In this document: positions 7,814 to 16,039 of the stretch, piece after piece
Layout of the letters: each line of letters opens with the position of its first letter
Numbering within the stretch: the first letter of the stretch is position 1
Virus record (IMG/VR): IMGVR_UViG_3300025913_000026
Span: 1-64,000 of that record
Reading direction: 5' to 3' (one strand)
From: a virus
DNA: 64,000 bases
Made by a program: the position numbers and the translations under genes
Notes under the pieces: generated by a model
What the model saw: only the letters and a program-made list of their open reading frames with translations
Told to the model about the DNA's origin: nothing
The model's database searches: none

Positions 7814-7845
7814 TTAGGTTAGGTTAAATAACCTACATATCTTTG
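7814..7845 (+). promoter_or_regulatory. early promoter with overlapping palindromic operator
   Basis: TATCTTTG at 7838-7845 (-7 element); TAGGTTA-AA-TAACCTA at 7820-7835. Confidence 0.6.
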
Positions 7846-7864
7846 AAGGAACAAACAAGCAAAT

Positions 7865-8134
7865 ATGAAACAATATACCACTTCAGACTATTCTAATCCT
7901 GTTGTTGCTTTTTATGCGGCATGGGAAACACAGCCATATACCGAGGTAGAAACTAAACACAATGGTTGTTATGCGCTATGCACCATTGAGGGCGTCCAGT
8001 ATATGGATAGCGAGTTATACGGCCATCTCAATAGTGTCGATAATACCGCTGCTGTACGCCTCATTATTGAGGATAAATACACATTTGGGAGCCCGGAAAG
8101 CTGTTTATCTTATACGCGCCATGCACGTGACTAA
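7865..8134 (+). CDS. early hypothetical protein
   Basis: First ORF after the promoter; A-rich leader. Confidence 0.6.
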   Translation: MKQYTTSDYSNPVVAFYAAWETQPYTEVETKHNGCYALCTIEGVQYMDSELYGHLNSVDNTAAVRLIIEDKYTFGSPESCLSYTRHARD

Positions 8135-8226
8135 TAACCCTATTCAATAACACCACTAAAACAAATTAATATGTCGCACACACTCAATGTTAAATCCGAA
8201 ACTATAACACATTAATACATCTAGTC

Positions 8227-8568
8227 ATGAACTACTCATATAAACAATTCGATCAGGATTACATGCAGGCTGTTAATTATGATAGCCGCACCTATTACAA
8301 CCCTCCTATTACTATCGATGTGGATGGTGTTAAGTATATCCTGTCTTGTGGTACCTCAGATCATTTAACCACCATTGAAGATGGCAGTTATTTGCGTATT
8401 ATCGGCGAAAACTTCAACCTTGATTATATGTCATTGACTGTAATCAATACCACTACTAAAGAAATAGATTCATGTTACGTTGACAATATAGAAAGTGAAT
8501 ACCCTGGTATTTTCAAGATAGAGACAGATCAGCAATTAGCAATTCTATCACAACATTTAGCATTTTAA
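8227..8568 (+). CDS. early hypothetical protein
   Basis: 113-aa ORF in the rightward block. Confidence 0.65.
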   Translation: MNYSYKQFDQDYMQAVNYDSRTYYNPPITIDVDGVKYILSCGTSDHLTTIEDGSYLRIIGENFNLDYMSLTVINTTTKEIDSCYVDNIESEYPGIFKIETDQQLAILSQHLAF

Positions 8569-8694
8569 ATCAAACAATATTCAAAGCTCTAAAACTTAAC
8601 ACATGAAAAAACAAGATGAAACCGCTTATCCAGTTCCTGCTGAAAACGGCAGCTTCCCAAATGGCTGGAATATTAAACCTAAAAATAATTAATC

Positions 8695-8976
8695 ATGAAA
8701 ACAGAAATCCATATAACTGGTCAGATTAGTGGTAATATCCGCCTGCGTAATGCAATTATAACAGCAGTTTGCGAAGAACGGCGTGGCATGTTTAACTCTT
8801 ATATACTCACATTTAAGAGCAATAAAGCGGCTGTAAAGGCGCTATCTGAAGGCTATCAGTACATGAGTCGTGAAGAGCCTAGAATAACTAACCGCATTGG
8901 TGGAATCAATTATTCCCGTGGTCACGCGCTAAATTATGACGCATCTAGGGCAGTAATACAAGACAATAACTCATAA
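8695..8976 (+). CDS. early hypothetical protein
   Basis: 93-aa ORF in the rightward block. Confidence 0.65.
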   Translation: MKTEIHITGQISGNIRLRNAIITAVCEERRGMFNSYILTFKSNKAAVKALSEGYQYMSREEPRITNRIGGINYSRGHALNYDASRAVIQDNNS

Positions 8977-9194
8977 ATCCTTTTTATGCATAAAATTGTT
9001 TTTGAAAACGGACAAACAGTAGACAGTTATTACACTGATTATATTACCCTTATTACTTGGGAACAAATGTTTAACAGCAGGATAGCCACAATTGATGGTT
9101 TTTCTGTCCATCATTAACTAATTATCAGGACGGCGCACAAATGGCTGAACTCTAGCAACCAATAGATATTAGGCCATTTATTTAAATATTCCAT

Positions 9195-9491
9195 ATGTTA
9201 GTATCTGTACATAAATATCTCAATAGATTACCCACTTACCCAAATTTTGGAGATGTGAATAAATCTAGCTTCTCATTAGTGCGAATGGTGAATATTTCTG
9301 ATTTATGGCCAAATCAGAGGGAAGTAGATACGGACGTGATTGATATTAAAGTTAAAAACAAAAATCTTTCCCCTATATATGTTATTCAGACAGATGGCAA
9401 ACAATTTATTGTCGATGGCCACCATACTGTAATAGCTAAAAAATTACAAGGCAAAAAACGAATTAAAGTTAATTTTCTTCATCTTTCATAA
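9195..9491 (+). CDS. ParB/Sulfiredoxin-like domain protein
   Basis: VNISDLWPNQ..PIYV..FIVDGHH..AKKLQG motif order. Confidence 0.7.
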   Translation: MLVSVHKYLNRLPTYPNFGDVNKSSFSLVRMVNISDLWPNQREVDTDVIDIKVKNKNLSPIYVIQTDGKQFIVDGHHTVIAKKLQGKKRIKVNFLHLS

Positions 9492-9510
9492 CTTACTAAA
9501 ACTTAATATT

Positions 9511-9789
9511 ATGAATATCCCTACAATCCCAAACTTTCACATCTTAATAGTTAAAGCTATGGGCGCAACTGATAATAAACCTGCCCGCGTTAAAATCATT
9601 AGCGAACGTTTTAAACAGTCTATTACGCTCCCCTATACTAACCATACCGGCGCAAGTAATCCGGCTATTGATACCGCTTTATTATTTATTACCAATAAAG
9701 GATGGAATATAATCGGCAAAGGAGAAGGTAAAGACCATATGTATTTAATAACCGATACTTTCAATGATACTTTTGAACCTTTAAAATAA
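9511..9789 (+). CDS. early hypothetical protein
   Basis: 92-aa ORF (GATDNKPARVKI). Confidence 0.65.
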   Translation: MNIPTIPNFHILIVKAMGATDNKPARVKIISERFKQSITLPYTNHTGASNPAIDTALLFITNKGWNIIGKGEGKDHMYLITDTFNDTFEPLK

Positions 9790-9795
9790 CTATAT

Positions 9796-10017
9796 ATGTT
9801 GACACTACAAGAATATCTTACTCAACAGGAGCCGGTGTACATGCCAATGGTTAATCTTATACCAGCTGAATATACCATCGAACATGAACAACTACGCCAA
9901 ATTGTTCATATACACCATTATCCTGATTATCGTTATATGAAAAAAGGGAAATCAAATAAACTATATGCTATTAAGCCAGATGGCGATTGTGAGAGTGAAA
10001 GTTGTTTCTGGATATAA
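9796..10017 (+). CDS. early hypothetical protein
   Basis: 73-aa ORF. Confidence 0.6.
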   Translation: MLTLQEYLTQQEPVYMPMVNLIPAEYTIEHEQLRQIVHIHHYPDYRYMKKGKSNKLYAIKPDGDCESESCFWI

Positions 10018-10089
10018 AGTTTGTTTGTGTTGTCAATCAGGCCGAAACCCATGCACAACACTAGGGGAGTAGGCCATTAATTAAATCAC

Positions 10090-10247
10090 TATCATTTAAA
10101 TGGGGAGGTGGGCTTAAAAGTAGCCATCCTTTAAAGAGTTATCCGCTTCCACAATAGGAATAACTTACCGAGTAAAAGCGGATAAGTAGGTGAACGGTGG
10201 AGATTCAGCGGGATATTTGGTGTAACAACACACCCTATTAAATGATA
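10090..10247 (+). ncRNA. 23S rRNA L11-binding (GTPase-associated centre, H43/H44) mimic RNA
   Basis: GGAGGTGGGCTTAAAAGTAGCCATCCTTTAAAGAGT...GTGTAACAACACAC aligns with 23S nt ~1055-1104; enclosed by a 10-bp stem TATCATTTAA/TTAAATGATA. Confidence 0.8.
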
Positions 10248-10281
10248 TTAAATCTATTAACCTGTATTTAAATTATATATT

Positions 10282-10425
10282 ATGTATGTATATATTCAAT
10301 CAGAGCCCAATTTATGGACTGTAGGGCATTACGCCCCTAGTGGCATATGGATGCCCGAAAGCGACTGGAGCAGTAAGGAAGACGCCGCAAAGCGAGTAAA
10401 TTACCTAAATGGAAGTAAGCAATAA
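10282..10425 (+). CDS. 47-aa small phage protein (absent from ORF track)
   Basis: MYVYIQSEPNLWTVGHYAPSGIWMPESDWSSKEDAAKRVNYLNGSKQ*; resembles a small phage protein pattern I recall. Confidence 0.7.
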   Translation: MYVYIQSEPNLWTVGHYAPSGIWMPESDWSSKEDAAKRVNYLNGSKQ

Positions 10426-10515
10426 TATTATGGGAAGGGCAAGCCCGTTTGCCGGTTAACGGTGTCATGGAAGTATTTAACCGGCTTTATTTTTAAAACT
10501 TTTAATATTTATTAT

Positions 10516-10743
10516 ATGCGTAAAATAGCTGTATTAACTACCATTGTAGGCATTTGTTTTTTCTTATTATCCATTATTGCTGGATTATTATGGCTTTCCT
10601 TTAATTCATTCCCATCCAAAATGCCTAACTGGGCAAACATTTGCTTTATTGGTTCATTCCTGGTTATGATTATCGGCCTTTTAATGTGGCTCTATACAGA
10701 GAAGGATTATATTGTTTCTGAGATTAAAAAACTTTACAACTAA
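10516..10743 (+). CDS. two-TM membrane protein (start MRKIAV)
   Basis: Two hydrophobic segments. Confidence 0.65.
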   Translation: MRKIAVLTTIVGICFFLLSIIAGLLWLSFNSFPSKMPNWANICFIGSFLVMIIGLLMWLYTEKDYIVSEIKKLYN

Positions 10744-10749
10744 TATTAT

Positions 10750-10988
10750 ATGCAAACATTAGAACAAGCGGCTATTGATTATGCCCCATCATATGAAAAT
10801 ATGCTACCCAAAGATACTCGTCTGACTACATTTATGCGAGAATCTTTTAAAGCTGGTGCAGAATGGCAGAAAGAACAATATAAAGAAGTAATTCACCTTA
10901 TGAGCGCCTTAATAGGAGCCTTGCAGGCCACACAAATTCCGCAGTTATAACAAAAATTACGATGGATCTTAAACGTCTCCAAGACTGA
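10750..10988 (+). CDS. hypothetical protein, possible frameshift near the 3' end
   Basis: SFKAGAEWQKEQ motif; one extra A at 10934-10936 would extend the ORF from 10950 to 10988. Confidence 0.55.
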
Positions 10989-11203
10989 GAGCCCAAATTA
11001 TTAAAACCAAAACATATGCAACAGATAGACCTCACAGATGTACTAAATGCTCGAACCAGTGGCAGGCATTCAAATTTATTGAAGTGGGAACATTTTACAT
11101 GGTTTTACCGCGCAACTAATTTACGCGATGAACTAATTAGATATACTGGGCCATCCAATTGGATAGCCGATCTTTTAAACTAAAAAGGGTTAAACTATAT
11201 TTT

Positions 11204-11494
11204 ATGGGGAAACATCTGGATTTATACAATAAATACATGTCAGAAGGCGAAAAAATACCATACCTCTCTGGGCATTATAATGGAGGTCTTTGTGGAGTTG
11301 CGTACAACTCAGATTTAATCGACAAAATACTTCTATCAGTTTTTGAGCCAACAATTGATAATGCAATAGAATTTAATATTTCAAGAACTGGATTCTGGGG
11401 ATACGATTCTTACGGAATTGAATATGCTACAAAATTCACAGAATTGCGTCAAAATATAGTCTTATTCATGGCAGCTATGAACAATGAATTATAA
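11204..11494 (+). CDS. hypothetical protein (start MGKHLD)
   Basis: C-terminal FTELRQNIVLFMAAMNNEL. Confidence 0.6.
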   Translation: MGKHLDLYNKYMSEGEKIPYLSGHYNGGLCGVAYNSDLIDKILLSVFEPTIDNAIEFNISRTGFWGYDSYGIEYATKFTELRQNIVLFMAAMNNEL

Positions 11495-11515
11495 ACTCTT
11501 AAATTTTAAACAAAC

Positions 11516-12217
11516 ATGAAACAGTTATTTGCAACCCTAATGATTACTATTTCTTTAATGGCCTGTAAAAAGGATAATTCCTCAGTACAGCCTGAACATG
11601 AAAAAAGCACCTACCGGGTTTACCTATTGGGAGCTGCTGGAGATACAACACAATTGCCTGATATGATGGCCCGGGTAGCCACTGTGGGCCTTGATTCTGC
11701 CAAAGACGACAAATTGCGTGTAATACTCACCTCCTATCAAAACATTGGCGGATTGGGTTATTATGCGCTCTCGGTAACTAATCTACAAAGTTGCCAAATG
11801 TTATTGCGCTGGAATTGGGACGGGGATCTATTGCCTACTAGCATCCAGCCGACAGATACCACTGCTAATACTTCTCAAAGCGATGTATTAAAATCATTCC
11901 AGACTAAAACCTATGTGGTTATTGGTAATCCCAAGCCAGGAAGAATAAAAGTGCAGGCGCAAAAAATAAATAGTGATTGCCCTAACTCTAGCACATTGAT
12001 TATTAACATAACACCCTCCATTTTACCAATTAAAGTAGTACAGCATAGTGCTAACTATGATAAAACAACTAACAAAACTACTATCGCCTTCACTGTTACT
12101 GACCCCAGCTCCTTTGATTGGATTTTAATTGACAGATACAAAGGCAATAATGAATGGGAGCAAGCAGCTTTAATTGGGTCAGATCATGAAACTAAAAACT
12201 ATTCAATAAAACTATAA
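11516..12217 (+). CDS. lipoprotein
   Basis: Signal peptide II MKQLFATLMITISLMA-C-KKD; beta-rich body. Confidence 0.75.
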   Translation: MKQLFATLMITISLMACKKDNSSVQPEHEKSTYRVYLLGAAGDTTQLPDMMARVATVGLDSAKDDKLRVILTSYQNIGGLGYYALSVTNLQSCQMLLRWNWDGDLLPTSIQPTDTTANTSQSDVLKSFQTKTYVVIGNPKPGRIKVQAQKINSDCPNSSTLIINITPSILPIKVVQHSANYDKTTNKTTIAFTVTDPSSFDWILIDRYKGNNEWEQAALIGSDHETKNYSIKL

Positions 12218-12221
12218 CATC

Positions 12222-12431
12222 ATGGCCACTTCGGATAAAATAAAGTATTTAACGGCTAGGAATGTGGAAGTTTTAGAATTTCCATTAAACAGCCAAAATA
12301 TAATTCTCCCTAATGGCGTAGAATTAGCTTTACGGTTTGATCCAATTCGACAAGGATTAACTATCACAAAGTTAACAGAGGGCGAATTATTCATCCAACC
12401 TCATGTAAGTAATCAAATATTAATAAAATAA
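12222..12431 (+). CDS. hypothetical protein
   Basis: ORF in operon. Confidence 0.6.
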   Translation: MATSDKIKYLTARNVEVLEFPLNSQNIILPNGVELALRFDPIRQGLTITKLTEGELFIQPHVSNQILIK

Positions 12432-12434
12432 TCA

Positions 12435-12635
12435 ATGAAACAACAAACCCCACACCGCGCACACCGTACAAACATTCACGGCCTGTTTTTAATCCTATTC
12501 GCTTTAATGGCTCTTATTTATGCTTATGGTTGTAGCCCTCAAAGATCCGGCTGCTATGGAACTAGGGGCATGTCAGGATATAGTAGCGTGAACCATCTTA
12601 AGACTGAGAGTAAAATTATCAAATACGCAAAATAG
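12435..12635 (+). CDS. small membrane protein or lipoprotein
   Basis: Hydrophobic stretch followed by YAYG-C-SPQ. Confidence 0.55.
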   Translation: MKQQTPHRAHRTNIHGLFLILFALMALIYAYGCSPQRSGCYGTRGMSGYSSVNHLKTESKIIKYAK

Positions 12636-12667
12636 CCTCAATCATTTACATTTAAATATCATAAACC

Positions 12668-13027
12668 ATGACAATTCAAACATTAAGGAACAGAATAGTA
12701 GTACTCAAATGGTCATTAAATGAAAATGGCGCTACTATTTTATACCAAAGGACTGATAAATTAGATAAACAAATTGATCTCATATGCCCTCCTATAGATA
12801 CTTGTCAGGGGCTTTCGTCTATTGCGTCTATTGAGGACTATCACCTCTCTCCATTAACTGTAACAATGAATGAATGCACGTACACATGGGAGAATTTCTC
12901 CCGACAATATCCGCTCAGTCAATTTGAAGCCATTATTTTAGCATCAAGAAGAGAGGCGGAAATGGAAGAGTCAAAAATGATGGATATATTAGAATTAGAT
13001 GAAGCTATTAAAGCACTTTTATCATAG
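12668..13027 (+). CDS. hypothetical protein
   Basis: Last ORF of the rightward block. Confidence 0.6.
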   Translation: MTIQTLRNRIVVLKWSLNENGATILYQRTDKLDKQIDLICPPIDTCQGLSSIASIEDYHLSPLTVTMNECTYTWENFSRQYPLSQFEAIILASRREAEMEESKMMDILELDEAIKALLS

Positions 13028-13059
13028 GTTAAGTTTTAGTGGTACTATAAGGTACAAAC

Positions 13060-13092
13060 GCCCCATTCTATTCTTAGAATCTGGGGCTTTTT
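13060..13092 (+). terminator. intrinsic terminator of the early block
   Basis: gccccattcta-ttct-tagaatctggggc followed by TTTTT. Confidence 0.7.
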
Positions 13093-13208
13093 AATTAAAA
13101 AACCGGAACCATTGTAGCTCCGGTTAATGAAATTACTCTTTAAGAAATGGTGTAAAGCCCAGTTTTTGGTTTGTTTTAATGATTAGTTAATACTGTAATG
13201 TAACTAAT

Positions 13209-13673
13209 TTAACTGAAATATAATTGCGCTTCGCGTTTTCTTCTGGCTGCTAATATTGGTTTTTTCACTCCATCTATTGTTGAAAACCGCCACATATAAA
13301 ATGCATCTGAAATAGCAGGATCATTTGGATTAGCATTCACGCGTTTTAGGACAGTTGATTGTTTAAAATCAGATGCCCCTATATTATAACATAAGCTCAA
13401 TAACGCATTAAATTGATTTTGGTTAATGTCGTCCCTAGTAGTACTATACACTGTCATTAAGAAATGTTCATTGACCTTCTCAAATAAATCCCATGCAGCC
13501 TGCTCATTGGGCAAAACCGGATCATATTTTGTAACCCTCTTTCCTCCTGGATACCATGTGCATCCAATGCCAATAGTCCAGATGCCAGCAGAATCTGGAT
13601 ACACATGTAACATTATCCCCTCTTCTTTAGCCATAAAGTCACGGCCTACACTATCTAGTGTTCTTATTTCCAT
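13209..13673 (-). CDS. endolysin, GH24 lysozyme
   Basis: EEG..YPDSAGIWTIGIG (E-x8-D-x5-T), NQNQFNALLSLCYNIG, RRKREAQLY. Confidence 0.92.
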   Translation of the reverse strand: MEIRTLDSVGRDFMAKEEGIMLHVYPDSAGIWTIGIGCTWYPGGKRVTKYDPVLPNEQAAWDLFEKVNEHFLMTVYSTTRDDINQNQFNALLSLCYNIGASDFKQSTVLKRVNANPNDPAISDAFYMWRFSTIDGVKKPILAARRKREAQLYFS

Positions 13674-14044
13674 TACTTAACTTTAAAGATGTAGTGATAG
13701 AACAAAATGAAAGTAATGTTCCAAATAATACCAATGCTTATATAATGCACCCACCATTCATGATGTGGCCTATAAACGACGATTGCGCCTGCCCCAGCAC
13801 AAACCATTCCAGTGATACTTAAATGCCAGCTATCAATCTTATACGCGTCAATAACTTTCTTTGTAAACGGCAATCTAAATTTTATCTTTCTTGCATATTC
13901 CCATGAAACATCTTTACACCAGAATTTCTTGTTCCAGCTTTTGAAAATGCTTTCGTCAAAATTTGGGGTATTCTCAAACGCATCCGCAGCCGCTTTAAAG
14001 AAAGCAGCTACGAATACAAGCAGATATGACCAAAGAAACGTCAT
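13673..14044 (-). CDS. membrane protein of the lysis region
   Basis: Three hydrophobic segments; DSWHL motif. Confidence 0.6.
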   Translation of the reverse strand: MTFLWSYLLVFVAAFFKAAADAFENTPNFDESIFKSWNKKFWCKDVSWEYARKIKFRLPFTKKVIDAYKIDSWHLSITGMVCAGAGAIVVYRPHHEWWVHYISIGIIWNITFILFYHYIFKVK

Positions 14045-14466
14045 TTTGTTTGTTTTTTAATCCTATTTGCGAATGCTGTATCCGTCTTAGAAGAGTCATA
14101 CTTAATGGGTCCATCTCCTAATGCCTCGATACTATCTTCTTGTTTAGCTGCATTAGAATCTTCTATAACTGAATTGCGCTCATTTAATGCCGCCCTGAAC
14201 CCGCAAACATATATGATAGTTCCCATAGTAAGGGCACAAAATATCTTTCTAATCCAATCATAATTAGGGTCACTCATTTTAATGAAAATAATAGCGATTA
14301 ATATAGCGCATAGTACATTCAATCCCACTCCAACGCCTTGCCAAAATGGAGACATTGAACTCCATGCAGAATAACAAAAATCTACAATAGCGAGCACTCC
14401 GCCAAACAATATACATATGTATAAGAGCGACCCTAATTCACCATCTTTTCTTTTTTCAGTAGTCAT
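14041..14466 (-). CDS. three-TM membrane protein (holin candidate)
   Basis: Three TM segments and a charged tail; near the endolysin. Confidence 0.5.
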   Translation of the reverse strand: MTTEKRKDGELGSLLYICILFGGVLAIVDFCYSAWSSMSPFWQGVGVGLNVLCAILIAIIFIKMSDPNYDWIRKIFCALTMGTIIYVCGFRAALNERNSVIEDSNAAKQEDSIEALGDGPIKYDSSKTDTAFANRIKKQTK

Positions 14467-14777
14467 TGATTTTTCATTTTATTGTTAAATAATTCTGTCC
14501 ATCGTAAATCAGTTAAAATACTACCACTTCCTGCATAAGTATCTGAAATTATAATAGCCGAATCTAAATCTTTTATCAATAATACTCCTGGCCCTTCCCA
14601 ATCTTGACTAATTATTACTCTAGAATAAATCCAATTTTGAGGCGAATCTAAGTGATTATAAGCATCTATTGCCCAATCAATTTTATTTTCGTGATAGATA
14701 TTCATATTTTCCTGCACTGTTTGTTTTTTACAAGAAAGGCACAATACTGATGCTATCAATATGTTTATTAAATTCAC
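14463..14777 (-). CDS. lipoprotein
   Basis: ILIASVLCLS-C-KKQ lipobox-like sequence. Confidence 0.55.
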   Translation of the reverse strand: MNLINILIASVLCLSCKKQTVQENMNIYHENKIDWAIDAYNHLDSPQNWIYSRVIISQDWEGPGVLLIKDLDSAIIISDTYAGSGSILTDLRWTELFNNKMKNQ

Positions 14778-14925
14778 GAAATATCTATTTTATCTCTGTT
14801 AATAATTCTACGTGCTTCATTTATATTTTCTTCAGCTTGCAATTCGGTTTCACTTCTAGCAAGTATTCTACCTGCCGCAAATCCAATAAATAACATTGTA
14901 CCAATAGCTAATATGTGATTTATCA

Positions 14926-15705
14926 TTATCTAAAACTTAATGGCAAATGAACATCCAGCGCTTTAACTGATCCGTACTCTGACGTATACATCCGAAACCC
15001 AACTATTCTATACCTGCGATCCTGATACATCAGGCCAAGCCCTGCCGCGTTAGGTAAAACAGAATTAATACTCATTACCCCCATTGACCAATATAATCTT
15101 CGCCTTGGCTCAAACTTCTTTAAATTAATTGAATCATTTTTCAAGCAATCATTTAAATTATTTTTAACTAGCTGCTTTTCTTTTGTTAGTTCGTTTATTC
15201 GTAACTGTTGATTATTTATTCTTGAATTAAGAGATTGTTGCAAATCGCTCATTTCATCCCGCGCTACTTTAATTCTTTTCTGCTGTCCTTCTAATTCAGT
15301 AAAACATTGAGAGCATTCATTTATATATTCATTCGGAACCAGCGTAACATTTGTATCCGCATTAACTGTTGCCGGCCTGTATTTAATTATGAGTTTATTT
15401 ATTCGGTTATTTGCTTTATCAAGTGTATCATTAGCCGCATCCAAAGCATCTTGTTGCATTTCGATAGTATGATTATGAATACTATCCGAAAAGGTATATT
15501 CTTCTTGTGTATTTTTCTGATCCAAACTATCTTTTATAGCGCGTTGAATAAGGATTTTATTAGCTTCTTTAAGCTGGACATTTTCGGCTAATGTAGCTTT
15601 ATTATTGTGACACCCTCGAATAGCAGAAATTATTATGCATCCTACTCCTATAAGAATGGCTCCCTTAACCCAATTAGGTATATCAATTTTAATGTCTATG
15701 CTCAC
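14926..15705 (-). CDS. spanin-like membrane-anchored coiled-coil protein
   Basis: N-terminal TM followed by RGC, long coiled coil, beta-strand C-terminus ending in FR; likely GTG start near 15705. Confidence 0.5.
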   Translation of the reverse strand: MSIDIKIDIPNWVKGAILIGVGCIIISAIRGCHNNKATLAENVQLKEANKILIQRAIKDSLDQKNTQEEYTFSDSIHNHTIEMQQDALDAANDTLDKANNRINKLIIKYRPATVNADTNVTLVPNEYINECSQCFTELEGQQKRIKVARDEMSDLQQSLNSRINNQQLRINELTKEKQLVKNNLNDCLKNDSINLKKFEPRRRLYWSMGVMSINSVLPNAAGLGLMYQDRRYRIVGFRMYTSEYGSVKALDVHLPLSFR

Positions 15706-15726
15706 GCTACAAAAATTTAAAATAAA

Positions 15727-15809
15727 AATATCGCCTCGTCCGTGTTGCTTAATCAGAGCCTTTGGGATCTGCACGAATGAGGCGATATTCTATAAGGTCT
15801 GATTAAGCA
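15727..15809. other. interlocked inverted repeats (pseudoknot or switch element)
   Basis: 15727-15744 pairs with 15772-15789; 15746-15762 pairs with 15794-15809. Confidence 0.75.
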
Positions 15810-15817
15810 TTCCAAAT

Positions 15818-16039
15818 TTATACGGAATTAATAACTTCCCCAATTTTTTTTTGTTTTTCTAAAATATCTAATTCTCGCATACGCCTGTCCTGATTTTGCT
15901 TTACAACGTAAAAAAACAAACGCGCGATGCCGTAAAGTACAGCAATTACGAACAAAATAATCCCCTTAACGTTTTCAATATTAAGAAGAACTATTGCACC
16001 ATAGCCAGTGTTGAATGCCCATATTATAATTTTCTCCAT
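15818..16039 (-). CDS. two-TM holin-like protein (start MEKIIIW)
   Basis: Two TM segments and a basic C-terminal tail. Confidence 0.55.
   Translation of the reverse strand: MEKIIIWAFNTGYGAIVLLNIENVKGIILFVIAVLYGIARLFFYVVKQNQDRRMRELDILEKQKKIGEVINSV

Noticed and set aside
10040-10075. GGCCGAAAC as a hammerhead ribozyme core
   Set aside because: No CUGANGA segment nearby.
10090-10247. True rRNA gene fragment or host chimera
   Set aside because: Similarity is confined to H43/H44, is interrupted by a structured insert, has its own closing stem, and sits between ordinary phage genes.
15706-15774. N-terminal extension MQIPKALIK.. of the spanin-like ORF
   Set aside because: It runs through the structured intergenic element; a start near 15705, just before the TM segment, is more plausible.
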